IMG/VR virus record: IMGVR_UViG_3300046373_000049
Span: 2,460 to 66,459 of that record
DNA: 64,000 bases
Direction: 5' to 3' (one strand)
From: a virus
Part shown: piece by piece, positions 19,000 through 29,418 of the stretch
How positions within the stretch are numbered: the stretch's first letter is position 1
Layout of the letters: each line of letters starts with the position of its first letter
Notes under the pieces: model-generated
Seen by the model: the letters and a program-made list of their open reading frames with translations, nothing else
What the model was told of the DNA's origin: nothing
Database searches by the model: none
Program-made: the position numbers and the translations under genes

Positions 19000-20195
19000 A
19001 GGACATCGAAATCGGCAGCTTTGCCGGTATCCACAATACGCTATCTGCCGAGCGCATCAAGACCACGGCCAGCCGCGACGATTCCAGCGTCGATCTGGTC
19101 GAGGCCGTCAACGTGGACATCGACAACTCGCAGCGCCTGTCACGGCGCCCAGGCCAAACTATGAAGGTCGAGGGCGCCGCACACTCGCTGTGGTCTGAAG
19201 GCGCCATGTGCCTGTTCGTGGCCGCTGGCAGCATGTTCATCATGAACGAGGGCTACGGCCTGACGGAAGTGGCAGCCGGGCTGTCGAACGCCCGCATGTC
19301 CTACATCGCCGTGAATGGCCGCGTGTACCACAGCAACGGCGGCGTGACCGGCGTGGTGGACGAGGGCCGCGTGCGCGCCTGGGGCACCGACATCAACGAC
19401 ATCAAAGTGCGCGGCATTGCCACTGGTGGCAGTATGCCTGCTGGGATGTACCTGTACGCGATGACCTTCACGACCCGCGACGGCCAGGAAAGCGGCACCG
19501 GCATGGCGCAGCGGATTGACCTCCCATTCGGCGGCGCCATCGACTTCAACTGGGCCGTGCCCGACGATGCGAACATCGTGGACTGCACCATCTACATCAG
19601 CCAGCCGAACGGCGAAGTGATGTACATGGCAGCCAAGCTGGATGTCGAGCAGCAGACCTACTACTACAACGGCGGCGAGCGCGTGCTGCCGCTGGCGACA
19701 CAGTGGCTGGACGCTCCACCAGCAGGGCAGGCGCTGGCGCTGCACAAGGGCCGCATCTATATCGCCATGGCCGACGTGCTGTACGCCACGACCCCGCTTT
19801 CGTATGAGCATTGCGACTTGCGCGACTATCGCGCCTTCGACAACACGACCATCAACGTGGTCGCGGCAGTGGAAGGCGGCCTGTTCGTCGGCACCGAGAA
19901 AGCCGTTTATTACCTCAACGGTGCATCTTTCGATGATAATACGCTGGTGCGCAAAATGGAATTCGGCGCTGTACGTGGTTCGCTCGTGTACGCCGATGGG
20001 CAAGCTGTCACAGGTAATCCAGTGCTGCATGGGATTATCGTAGCGCTGTTCGCTACCGCTGATGGCATTGTCATGGGTATGCCCGATGGTTCGATTAGCA
20101 ATCTTACCCAGGAGCGTTACCAGATGCCGGAAGGCCAGGGCGGGGCAGCCGTCTTTATTGCTGGTCAGTACAGCAAATATCTGCTGACGATGTAA
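18996..20195 (+). CDS. tail nozzle or tubular protein (beta-propeller-like)
   Basis: FAGIHN...AVNVDID...RRPG N-terminus; follows the adaptor. Confidence 0.7.
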   Translation: MKDIEIGSFAGIHNTLSAERIKTTASRDDSSVDLVEAVNVDIDNSQRLSRRPGQTMKVEGAAHSLWSEGAMCLFVAAGSMFIMNEGYGLTEVAAGLSNARMSYIAVNGRVYHSNGGVTGVVDEGRVRAWGTDINDIKVRGIATGGSMPAGMYLYAMTFTTRDGQESGTGMAQRIDLPFGGAIDFNWAVPDDANIVDCTIYISQPNGEVMYMAAKLDVEQQTYYYNGGERVLPLATQWLDAPPAGQALALHKGRIYIAMADVLYATTPLSYEHCDLRDYRAFDNTTINVVAAVEGGLFVGTEKAVYYLNGASFDDNTLVRKMEFGAVRGSLVYADGQAVTGNPVLHGIIVALFATADGIVMGMPDGSISNLTQERYQMPEGQGGAAVFIAGQYSKYLLTM

Positions 20196-20232
20196 CCTGC
20201 CTCGCTTTGGGGCTTAACTTTGGAGAAATATC

Positions 20233-21003
20233 ATGACGTTGCGACTGTCTACTGGTCTGCGCAATTTTGTCAACGCGGACGGCTCGATCAAGGGCGCGCT
20301 GCAAAACGGCGAAATCAAAATCTACACCGGCTCCCAGCCTGCCACGGCTGATGCCGCACCCACCGGCACGCTGCTGGCGACCATCACTTCCGGTTCGGGC
20401 GCCCGCACCGCTGAAGTTCTGGCGACCGGCACTGTCACCCTGGCTGGCTCCGCTGGCTCCGTCACGGCCCTGACAGTTGACGGCGTGTCGATCATCGACG
20501 CCGCCGTGGCATTCAACTCCAGCCTGACGCAAACCGCTGTCGATCTGGCTGCCATGATTAACAGCTCGCGCAGCGCTCCCGATTACACGGCCACGTCTTC
20601 GGGCGCCGTCGTGACGATCATCGCCGCACGCGGCACGGGCGCATCGCCAAACACGTTCGTTGTGGACGCAACCTGCACGACCATGACCAGCACCGACGTG
20701 GCGATGGCGAGCGGCGTCACCGCTGTCAACGGCCTGAAGTTCGGCACCAGCACCGCTGGCGTGCTGTCGAAGCACGATACCCAGGTGTGGTCTGGTATCG
20801 CTGGCGCCACCGGCACTGCTGGCTGGTTCCGCTTCACCGGCAGCGTGGCCGACAGCGGCGCCTTGGACTCGGCTGCCACCGAAGTCCGTATGGACGGTGC
20901 GATTTCGACCAGCGGCGCGCAGTTGAACATGTCGAGTACCAGCATCACTTCGGCAGCGACGCAGACCATCAGCTCGTTCCCAATCACGTTGCCTACGTCG
21001 TAA
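20233..21003 (+). CDS. virion structural (fibre subunit-like) protein, paralog of 54006..54425
   Basis: IKIYTGSQPATAD..GTLLA, ATGTAGWFRF, MDGAISTSGAQL; central Ig-like insertion. Confidence 0.7.
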   Translation: MTLRLSTGLRNFVNADGSIKGALQNGEIKIYTGSQPATADAAPTGTLLATITSGSGARTAEVLATGTVTLAGSAGSVTALTVDGVSIIDAAVAFNSSLTQTAVDLAAMINSSRSAPDYTATSSGAVVTIIAARGTGASPNTFVVDATCTTMTSTDVAMASGVTAVNGLKFGTSTAGVLSKHDTQVWSGIAGATGTAGWFRFTGSVADSGALDSAATEVRMDGAISTSGAQLNMSSTSITSAATQTISSFPITLPTS

Positions 21004-21015
21004 TAGGGGGCCGAC

Positions 21016-23340
21016 ATGGCAACATCGACTCTATGGCGGATTAACATCACGGACAACAATGGCGGCAGCCAGTTGGGCGTGAATGATTTCCAATTCCGCG
21101 TGGCAGTCGGTGTGCCTGTCGCTTTCCCAGGCGGCACGGTATTCGACGCTGATAGCCAGGGTACTAGCGCCAGCTTCGCTTCGGATGGCGACATCCTTGA
21201 AGGCTGGCGCACCGTCGCCGCTACCACGGCATCATCGTGGAGCGCTGAATTCTCCACCACTAAAGAAATCGTTGCCTACGTTATTCGAGGCGACAGCGAC
21301 ATCACGTTCTCGCCACTGGACTTCACCCTGGATTACTGGGATGGCGGCTCGTGGGTAACGGTAGACACGCAGACCGCGCAAAGTTCCTGGACGCCGTATC
21401 AGGTGCGGGAATACACTGTCGGCGTGGCCGGTTACGACGAGCATGTGGGCATCTGGAACGAGGCGTCGGATCAGTGGCGCATGGTCATCACGGCGAACAA
21501 CGGCGATCCAGACATCGGCCTTATCGACTGGAAGATGCGCCCGCAGACAGATGCTTACGTCTTCATGGACGAAACCTACTTCGGCACGGCGACCGCCTCT
21601 TCCGAAGCAGTAAGCCATCCAGCGAGCGATGCCACCGACGACGACAATGCCGTATCCTCCTGGCGCACCGACGCCGAGGCAACCGGCACGTTTTATTACA
21701 CCTTCCCTGACGGCCTGATCTTTGAGCCTATTGCCTATGTGTTCCGTTCGGAATTCATCGACAACATGCCGCGCAATTTCACGCTGGAGTATTTCGATTA
21801 CATCACGAACGACTGGGTTATTTGCGACACGCGGATCAACCAAGGGCCGGATGCTTTCGATGGCACAGACCATTCCTACGTCATTACCCGCGACTTTTCC
21901 CCGCAGGGTATCTTAGGTGGCACGCCTGACAACGATTGCACATTTCCAGAACTCACCGTCAACGGATTGCTCAACGTGCCAACAGATACCTACGTGGGCG
22001 GCGACCTCGCCATTTCCTCGCTGACGCTTTCCGCGACTCATGCGCTTGCAAACGATGGCTCGATCTTCATCACCGCCCTGACTGCTTCAGGTAGCGGAGA
22101 ATCCGGCGCGCTTGTGACCGGCAACTCCTTCTTCCCCGAATTGGAAATGGCGGCTGGCGGCTTCGCTGATGGGATGACCATGCCGAAGTTCTCGCTTGCC
22201 GCGACCGGCGTAGCGGGAACCACGGCAGATGGTGATGCCGACATCCCTGCATTCCGTGCGGCTGGCGGCTTCGCTGATGGGATTGTCCTGGAAGGCGTAA
22301 CGCTATCGGCCAGCGGCTTCGCTGGCATCCTGATTAACGGCGCCGTGTCGATGCCGCTGCTGTCCGTGGATGGCGGCCTTGATGCAGCCCTGGCCCTGGA
22401 AGAACTGACGCTGGCAGGGACGATGGTGGCTGGCGCGCTGATGACCGGCGATGCCGTGTTGCTGGCGCCGACCGTCGATGCGTCCTTCGCCTTCCAGACT
22501 GACATCGTTCTGCCTGAACTGTCCGTGTCCGCCACCGGCTTCACTGGCGGCGCGTTCGCTGGCAATGCCATCATGCTGGCGCCGACCGTCGATGCCTTCA
22601 TGTACGAGGACACTACCGCGCAGGGCGACGTGACGTTCTCGATCCTGGCCGCCGCTGGCAGCATGTACGGCGGCAACTTCATCGAAGGCAGCGTCACGAT
22701 CCCGCGTGTCTCGCTTGACGGCGTGGCCGTGGCCGGGAACGTGGCTACAGCGTCCATCACGCTGCCGTTGCTGTCGGTGGATGCCGAGGGTCACTTCAGC
22801 GCCATCGGCACGGCTGACATCGAACTGATGGCCCTGCTGGTCAATGGCGTGATGTCCAATCCGCAGGAACTGCTGAATCCGACCACGATTGCGCTGAATA
22901 CTCGCGTGAAGGCGGTGACGACATACGATGGCGTGGCCTTCAACAGCTTCGCCAACTTCAATGGCGTGACGCTGGCGGCCAGCGCTGACGGCATCGTGGC
23001 CCTGACCGGCGCCGACGACCTTGGCGTGCCCATCGCGGCCTATGTCCTGTCGGGCGAATCCGACTTCAACACGGAACAGTTCAAGCGCGTCATTACCGGC
23101 TATGCTGGCTATCGTGCTGACGGCGACCTGGAGCTGACGCTCATTACCGACGAGCACCACGAATTCATCTACCGCCTTGCTGCGCGCCAGGGCAGCGGTA
23201 CGATCCATGCTTCCCGCGTCAAGTTTGGCCGTGGCGTCGAGGGCAAGTATTGGCAGTGGCGTATGGCGAACGTGGACGGCGGCGACTTCACGCTGGACAG
23301 CCTGACCTTGAACGCGCAAGAGCTTGGCCGCCGTGTATGA
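21016..23340 (+). CDS. tail or fibre protein with two discoidin-like domains and approximately 22-aa repeats
   Basis: two WRxxITxNNG...SW...P.xFTL(D/E)Y.D...W domains; periodic G-x-x-x-(L/I)-P-x-(L/F)-S-(V/L)-x-(A/G) region; conserved C-terminal anchor (KFGRG..GKYWQW). Confidence 0.65.
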   Translation: MATSTLWRINITDNNGGSQLGVNDFQFRVAVGVPVAFPGGTVFDADSQGTSASFASDGDILEGWRTVAATTASSWSAEFSTTKEIVAYVIRGDSDITFSPLDFTLDYWDGGSWVTVDTQTAQSSWTPYQVREYTVGVAGYDEHVGIWNEASDQWRMVITANNGDPDIGLIDWKMRPQTDAYVFMDETYFGTATASSEAVSHPASDATDDDNAVSSWRTDAEATGTFYYTFPDGLIFEPIAYVFRSEFIDNMPRNFTLEYFDYITNDWVICDTRINQGPDAFDGTDHSYVITRDFSPQGILGGTPDNDCTFPELTVNGLLNVPTDTYVGGDLAISSLTLSATHALANDGSIFITALTASGSGESGALVTGNSFFPELEMAAGGFADGMTMPKFSLAATGVAGTTADGDADIPAFRAAGGFADGIVLEGVTLSASGFAGILINGAVSMPLLSVDGGLDAALALEELTLAGTMVAGALMTGDAVLLAPTVDASFAFQTDIVLPELSVSATGFTGGAFAGNAIMLAPTVDAFMYEDTTAQGDVTFSILAAAGSMYGGNFIEGSVTIPRVSLDGVAVAGNVATASITLPLLSVDAEGHFSAIGTADIELMALLVNGVMSNPQELLNPTTIALNTRVKAVTTYDGVAFNSFANFNGVTLAASADGIVALTGADDLGVPIAAYVLSGESDFNTEQFKRVITGYAGYRADGDLELTLITDEHHEFIYRLAARQGSGTIHASRVKFGRGVEGKYWQWRMANVDGGDFTLDSLTLNAQELGRRV

Positions 23341-24953
23341 ACGACGACTACATCAGCAACGAGCCGGTCGCAACCGGCTGGCTTCGCACTGAAATCAAGG
23401 GCGACAAGCTGGCCGGGATGGCTTACGTCCGCGAGGCGCGCAAGGCGCTTGGGCACCTCCGCATCATCCACGGCATCAATGACCGCATGTCCGCAGGCGA
23501 AGCTGGCGGCTTCTACAAGAACGCCTTCAGGAAAGAAGATGGCACGCTGATCGAGGTGCTGTCGAATAACGGCATGGATACGATTCGCATCACGACTCAG
23601 CAGGAGCAGGAATTCAAGTCGGAGACTGCCGAGGCAAAGCCTGTGGAAGCGGTCAATATCCGGCCAAGCATCAAACCCACTGAAACCATGTACGAGGCAG
23701 AGCCTAAGAAATTTGAAGAGCCTGTGCCCGTCAAGAAAAAAGAGATCGCCATGAAAAAGGAAGAGCGTGTTGCTTGCCTGTGGGAAGCCGACCAGGAGCA
23801 CTACTCCCCAGCCGTGTTCGGCTACAACATCAAAGGCCCGCTGGTGGGGGAAAATACCGATGTCTTCATGGGGGGCGGCATCACGCCGCTGACGCCGTTT
23901 CCAGAGTCGGCCCACACTAGCACCATGTTCATGTTCGACAAGAACACGATGGCAGCCAATGGCAGCTTCGCCTTGCCGAACGCCCCGACGCAGAACCTGG
24001 AAATGAGCTGGGACAACATCACCAACAAGTTCTTCATCAGCGATGTGACGGCAAACATCGGCGTCACTGTGTTCCAGGAATTCGGCCTGTACAAGTTCGG
24101 CCAGGGCGATAGCGGCACGCGATACATGCTGCCAACGCTGGGCGAGAACTCGTTCCAGAATAGCTACCTGGACAGCCAGCAAAGCGTGTCGAAGAACGTG
24201 GTGGCAATTACTGGCGGCGTCGGCGGCGCCTACTATCAAATCATGGATACGGAGTCGGGCGTCATCGTCAACTCGATCCCCATCGAATTCTTGCAGACCT
24301 TCCCAATGGAAAAGGTATGCGTGGCACCGAATGGCGACGTGATTACTGCCCGCTCGTGGGAAGGCCCGATTGAAATCGTCCGCCACGGGATTATTGCGCG
24401 CAGCTACCCGCAGCCCGGCATCCCAAACAATACCCCTGGGAATATCCAGATCGTTGTCTGCAACGACAACACGACCCTGTTTCTTTTCCAGCTCGATCTG
24501 TCCAATGTCGGGTCGCTCTACAAATTCACGCAGGCGACAGAGCTGTGGGAGAAGGTGGAATTTGATGGCGACTTCGGCCCATCATACACAGAGCTGAAAT
24601 ACCTTCCCGTCTATCCTAAGCTCATGCACGACGACGTAAGCGATGCTGTTGTTGTGGTGCGCGCTGACTCGACCGGCGCCTGGGTATTCAACGCGGTCGA
24701 TTGCCTGGATCAAGAGCTGGGCGATTTCTTCTTCCCGTTCGAGAATCCTCCGCAAGAGGAAACCGATAGCAGCGGCGGGATTTTCAACGGCTGCTTCCCA
24801 CAGATGATTCATGATGGCGCACTTGTTGTGCGCTATATTGTCGGTTCATCGTCGGCTTCGGTGACTTCGCAGCGCAAGTGCATCGCTGGCCTGTACGTCA
24901 TCGGCATCCTGCGCCAAACGAAAGATGAAGAATTTACTGAAGGGGAAGAATAA
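23337..24953 (+). CDS. putative tail protein
   Basis: 538 aa, beta-rich, within the tail module. Confidence 0.6.
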   Translation: MNDDYISNEPVATGWLRTEIKGDKLAGMAYVREARKALGHLRIIHGINDRMSAGEAGGFYKNAFRKEDGTLIEVLSNNGMDTIRITTQQEQEFKSETAEAKPVEAVNIRPSIKPTETMYEAEPKKFEEPVPVKKKEIAMKKEERVACLWEADQEHYSPAVFGYNIKGPLVGENTDVFMGGGITPLTPFPESAHTSTMFMFDKNTMAANGSFALPNAPTQNLEMSWDNITNKFFISDVTANIGVTVFQEFGLYKFGQGDSGTRYMLPTLGENSFQNSYLDSQQSVSKNVVAITGGVGGAYYQIMDTESGVIVNSIPIEFLQTFPMEKVCVAPNGDVITARSWEGPIEIVRHGIIARSYPQPGIPNNTPGNIQIVVCNDNTTLFLFQLDLSNVGSLYKFTQATELWEKVEFDGDFGPSYTELKYLPVYPKLMHDDVSDAVVVVRADSTGAWVFNAVDCLDQELGDFFFPFENPPQEETDSSGGIFNGCFPQMIHDGALVVRYIVGSSSASVTSQRKCIAGLYVIGILRQTKDEEFTEGEE

Positions 24954-27271
24954 TGTCTTGCGGCGGCGGATTCATTGTTGGTGATGTCCCGGAAGTTCTG
25001 GTCGATCCAGTCCTGCCGGTCGAGCCATATCCAGACCTTCCCCTGCTGGACGACCTGGAGCCGTTCGGCGGCCTGCCGGAAGTGCCAGCAGCCCAGCCAG
25101 CAGAGCCTGCGCTGCCAGCGGCGGAAGTCACCCCACCTGATTCGGTATCCGTAGCGCTCGTCGATTCGGCCACGCCCGGCGTCGTCGCTGGCGTCATCAC
25201 GCAGACTGGCGTGCTGGCCCAGGATTCCCAGGCATCTGCCCTTGCGACCATTGAGGCGCTGGCGCTGTACGACAATTCGTTCGAGCCTGTGGAAACGCCC
25301 GTCATCCCAGTTGGCAGCGTCGTTATCGCACCGCTTGGCGCCGCGCCGCCAGATACCGACCTGACGCCGAACTTCGCCACAGCACCAGACTCGCCAGTGA
25401 CGGCTGACATCCCGCTGGCCGACATCGGCATCGCTCCAGCATACGACGTGGCCGACATCACGCTGTTTGAAATCCCGCTGCCTGATCCGTTCGACGCGCT
25501 GCTGCCGAGCGAAGCCGTGTACGATGCGCTGCCGGTCGCCATCGAACCTGACTTCAGCCTGCCTGCCGTGCCGACCCTGATCGAGCTGACCGTGCCCGAT
25601 GCGCCTGTGCTCGACCTTCCTGTGTTCGATGCGGCGCCCGGCCTGAAGCCTGAAGCGCCTGAATCGGAATTCCACTATACCCAGGTCGAATACACCACGG
25701 CGCTGCTGACCGCTATGAATTCGCGGCTGGCCGATCTGGTCAGCGACATGACCGCCACCGGCATCGACGAGGACGTGGAGGATGCCATCTGGAACCGGGC
25801 TGCCGACCGCGAGGCCATGCTGACGCATCGCGCCACGGATGAAGCCCTGCGCCTGATGAAGTCCCGTGGCTTCCGCATCCCTGAAGCGTCGCTCGTCCGT
25901 ATCGTGCAGCAGGCTTTGCAGAGCGGCCTGCAACGCGACGCCAGCTTGCAGCGTGCTGTGGCGCTGGAGCGCGCAAACCTTCAACAAGCCAACTTCCGCT
26001 TCGCCCTGGAAACCACTGTATCGCTGGAGTCGCGCATGATCGACAAGGCGAACGCGGCCCAGGCCCGAGCACTGGAAGCTGCGAAGGCTACCGTCACAGC
26101 GGAAATCCAACTGTTCAACGCCAAGGTGCAAATGTTCTCGGCTGATGTCCAGGCGTTCGCCATGAAGGCCGAGGTCTTCAAGACCCGCTTGCAGGCGGCG
26201 CTGGCCCAGGTCGAAATCTACAAGGTGCAACTGGAAGCGCAGCGCGCCGTGGGCGAGGTCAACGATCAGAAGGTCGCCATCTACCGTGCGCAGATCGAGG
26301 GCGTGCGCGCCATCGTCGGCACGTACAGCACTCGCGTGGACGCGGCCAAGGCGCAGATCGCATCGAACAAATCCGTGGTCGAAGCCTACCGCTCGCGCAT
26401 CGGCGCACTGGAAGCCCAGGTCACGGCGAAGATCACGGAATACGACACGTACAGCGCCCGCGTGCGCGGCCAAGCTGCGAAGGTGCAAGTCTTCAGCAAA
26501 CAGGTGCAGGCGTACCGCTCCCGCGTCCAGGCGTTCGACACGACGGCAAAGGCCAAGGTAGCCGTCCAGGAACTGCGCTTCAAGCAGGCGAACGAGTATC
26601 CTCTCGAACTCTACAGCGCCCGCATCGACGCATACCGCATCGCGGCCACGGCTGAAGCCGAGCGCCTGCAAACCACGGCGTCCGTGTTCAATGCCCGCAT
26701 CCGCGCCTTCACCGCGCAGGAGGGCGCCAAGGTGGATCACGTCGGCGCCCAGGTAAAGGTCATGGCCGCCAATGCGGCAGCGCAGATCGCCCAGGCCGAG
26801 ACATCAATCGATGCCGCCCGGCAGAACTACGCCTCGGCAGAGAAGGCTTCCAATTCCGCGCAAGGCAACCTCCGTTCGGCTGGTCAGTTGAGCGGCCAGT
26901 TGGCTGCCGCCGCCATCGCAGCGCAAAGCGTCACGGCATCCATTTCCGAATCCGGCTCGATGTCCTCGTCGAACTCGGAATCGAATTCCGCCACGAACGC
27001 ACTCAGCTACTCGGCCAGCACGTCCACTGGTTCGTCGTCCTCGACCAGCACCGCATACAGCTCGACAAGCGGCCAGTCCGTGTCGAACTCGCGCAGCACG
27101 AACGAGGGCCGGGCCTACAGCAAGAGCCAGGGCAATTCGACTTCGCAACGTCGTTCGGCCAGCAACTCGACGCAGGTTTCCGCAAGCAACGGCAAGTCCG
27201 TCGCGCTCAACACTACTGTATCCTTGAGCACTAGCAACGAATGCTCCGATGTAACGACGATCAACGAATAG
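24953..27271 (+). CDS. virion or ejection protein, paralog A (Pro-rich, coiled-coil, Ser-rich tail)
   Basis: TGIDEDVEDAIW, RGFRIP, long heptad region, SxSxS tail. Confidence 0.7.
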   Translation: MSCGGGFIVGDVPEVLVDPVLPVEPYPDLPLLDDLEPFGGLPEVPAAQPAEPALPAAEVTPPDSVSVALVDSATPGVVAGVITQTGVLAQDSQASALATIEALALYDNSFEPVETPVIPVGSVVIAPLGAAPPDTDLTPNFATAPDSPVTADIPLADIGIAPAYDVADITLFEIPLPDPFDALLPSEAVYDALPVAIEPDFSLPAVPTLIELTVPDAPVLDLPVFDAAPGLKPEAPESEFHYTQVEYTTALLTAMNSRLADLVSDMTATGIDEDVEDAIWNRAADREAMLTHRATDEALRLMKSRGFRIPEASLVRIVQQALQSGLQRDASLQRAVALERANLQQANFRFALETTVSLESRMIDKANAAQARALEAAKATVTAEIQLFNAKVQMFSADVQAFAMKAEVFKTRLQAALAQVEIYKVQLEAQRAVGEVNDQKVAIYRAQIEGVRAIVGTYSTRVDAAKAQIASNKSVVEAYRSRIGALEAQVTAKITEYDTYSARVRGQAAKVQVFSKQVQAYRSRVQAFDTTAKAKVAVQELRFKQANEYPLELYSARIDAYRIAATAEAERLQTTASVFNARIRAFTAQEGAKVDHVGAQVKVMAANAAAQIAQAETSIDAARQNYASAEKASNSAQGNLRSAGQLSGQLAAAAIAAQSVTASISESGSMSSSNSESNSATNALSYSASTSTGSSSSTSTAYSSTSGQSVSNSRSTNEGRAYSKSQGNSTSQRRSASNSTQVSASNGKSVALNTTVSLSTSNECSDVTTINE

Positions 27272-27279
27272 GAAACAGC

Positions 27280-29412
27280 ATGTCCATTACGCCACCTCCG
27301 ATTATCGACACTGCATCTGGCATCGTAACTACCGTCCTGGGCGAGTCGCAAAGCATGGCGCAGCAGGCCATGTCTCGCGGCTTGACCGCGATTCAATCGC
27401 TGGGCAGTTTCGATGTGGACATCCCGCCACTGGATACGCCGGTCTTCGACATCCCGAGCATCGATTTGCTGGATGCTGGCGTGGCTCCGTCCGATCCAGG
27501 CAATCTGACAACGCCAGTAATCCCGCTGCCAGCGGAACCTGCGCAGGGAAATCTGCCTCCGCTGGATATTGGCGAGGCGCCGGAATATACCCTGGCCGCG
27601 CCGCTGCTGATCGACGTTCCGCTGCCTGACCCATTCGATGCGCTGACGCCGACCTCACCAAACCTGCCGGTAGTGTCGGCGCCTGTCGAGCCGGATTTCA
27701 CGCTGCCTGCCGTACCGACATTTGCAGCACTCAATATCCCAGCCGCGCCCGTGTTCGACATCCCGCTGTTCGACGACGTGGCGCCGGAAGCGCCAGATGC
27801 CATCGACGTGCAATTCGCCTGGGCTGAAACCGAGTACGCAAGCGACAACCTGACGACGCTCAATGAACGCCTGCTGGAAATTGTCGAAGGTGTATCGACC
27901 GGCCTGCCAGTGGAAATCGAAGAAGCCATCTGGCAGAAGGGCTGCGATGCCGAGGCCATGCTCACGTTCCAGGCCGTAAAGAATGCGCTTGACCTGACGG
28001 CAGCACGCGGGTTCAACATCCCAGGCGGCCAACTTGTACGCATTGTCCAGGAGGCAATCGAGTCGGGCCTGAAGAGCGATGCCGATCTGTCGCGCCAAGT
28101 GATGACGGATCAGGCAAAGCTGGAGCAATCAAACTTCCACTTCGCCTTCGGCAATGCAATGCAGCTCGAAGGCCGCCTGATCGAGCTGTTCAATCAGGTG
28201 CAGGCCCGTGCGCTCGACGCCGAGACTTTCCGCATCGGTGCGCTGGTCAACCTGTTCAACGCCCGCGTGGCCTTGTACACGGCTGACGTGCAAGCCTTCG
28301 GCGTCAAGGCCGAGGTATTCAAGACCCGGCTGCAAGCGGCCCTGGCCCAGCTTGAGGTCTACCGCGCCGAGCTGCAAGGGCTGAAGATCATCGGCAGCTT
28401 GAATGTCCAGTTGGCCCAGCAGTACAGCGCCCAGGTCGATGGCGTGAAGGCGCTGGCCGATGTCTACCGCGCCCGCGTCGAGGCCGTCAGCCTGACCGTG
28501 GAAACAAACCGCAACCGTACAGAACTGTACAAGGCGCAGATCGAATCCTATTCCGCCTTGGCGAAAGCGAACGGCGCCCAGGTGCAAGGATACCTGGGCC
28601 AAGTCCAGGCCGAGCAGACCAAGGTGGAAATGTTTAGCGAGCAAGTGCTCGCGTACAACTCCCGCGTGGACGCCTACCGCGCCCTGACCGATGCCAAGCT
28701 GGCCGACACGCAGTTCCAGTTCCGCCAGTTGCAGCAGTTCCCTGTGCAGCTCTATCGCGCAAAGATCACGGGCTACCAAGCGCAGATCAGCGGCGAGGCA
28801 GCGCGCCTTGGCGCCACGGCTGAAGTGTTCCGCGCCCGCGTGGACGCCTATGCAGCGGTCGAGCGCACGCAGGGCCAGCGCGCCTCGGCCCAGGCAGACA
28901 CGCTCGAAACGACGACGCGCCTGTATTCGACCCAGGCCCGCACGCAGCTCCAGGCTGGCATCATCAACATCGACGTGGCGCAACTGAAATCGGAAACGGC
29001 CCAGGCCGCGCTGCGGTCAGCCGGGCAACTGGCAACGCAACTGGCTTCCGCTGCAATGTCGGCCCGAAATGTGTCGGCATCCATCACTGGCGCCACATCA
29101 AATTCGGCTGGAGTCTCGGCATCGAATAGTATGTCGGTATCGGCAAGCACAGGTTTCAGCAGCAGCAGCAGCACGAGCACGAGCAGCAGCTCGACAACGG
29201 GCACGGCAAATAGTGCAAGCGCATCAATTTCTAACTCGCAATCGATGTCGCATAACCAGAGCCAGTCTGACTCTTTCGAGCAATCGGTATCGAATTCTGA
29301 ATCGAACTCTTCGTCGAATGAGACTTCACTCAGCGCCCGTAATGCGGCTTCAACAAGCGTAGGCAGCAGCCGACGCCTTACGAATAGCACCGTTTATCGT
29401 CACAAGGGATAA
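27280..29412 (+). CDS. virion or ejection protein, paralog B
   Basis: TGLPVEIEEAIW, RGFNIP; shares KAEVFKTRLQAALAQ with paralog A; SxSxS tail. Confidence 0.7.
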   Translation: MSITPPPIIDTASGIVTTVLGESQSMAQQAMSRGLTAIQSLGSFDVDIPPLDTPVFDIPSIDLLDAGVAPSDPGNLTTPVIPLPAEPAQGNLPPLDIGEAPEYTLAAPLLIDVPLPDPFDALTPTSPNLPVVSAPVEPDFTLPAVPTFAALNIPAAPVFDIPLFDDVAPEAPDAIDVQFAWAETEYASDNLTTLNERLLEIVEGVSTGLPVEIEEAIWQKGCDAEAMLTFQAVKNALDLTAARGFNIPGGQLVRIVQEAIESGLKSDADLSRQVMTDQAKLEQSNFHFAFGNAMQLEGRLIELFNQVQARALDAETFRIGALVNLFNARVALYTADVQAFGVKAEVFKTRLQAALAQLEVYRAELQGLKIIGSLNVQLAQQYSAQVDGVKALADVYRARVEAVSLTVETNRNRTELYKAQIESYSALAKANGAQVQGYLGQVQAEQTKVEMFSEQVLAYNSRVDAYRALTDAKLADTQFQFRQLQQFPVQLYRAKITGYQAQISGEAARLGATAEVFRARVDAYAAVERTQGQRASAQADTLETTTRLYSTQARTQLQAGIINIDVAQLKSETAQAALRSAGQLATQLASAAMSARNVSASITGATSNSAGVSASNSMSVSASTGFSSSSSTSTSSSSTTGTANSASASISNSQSMSHNQSQSDSFEQSVSNSESNSSSNETSLSARNAASTSVGSSRRLTNSTVYRHKG

Positions 29413-29418
29413 GACATC

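Noticed and set aside
24953-29412. The paralog pair as a diversity-generating retroelement template and variable repeat
   Set aside because: There is no reverse transcriptase, and the differences inspected are mostly synonymous rather than adenine-specific.
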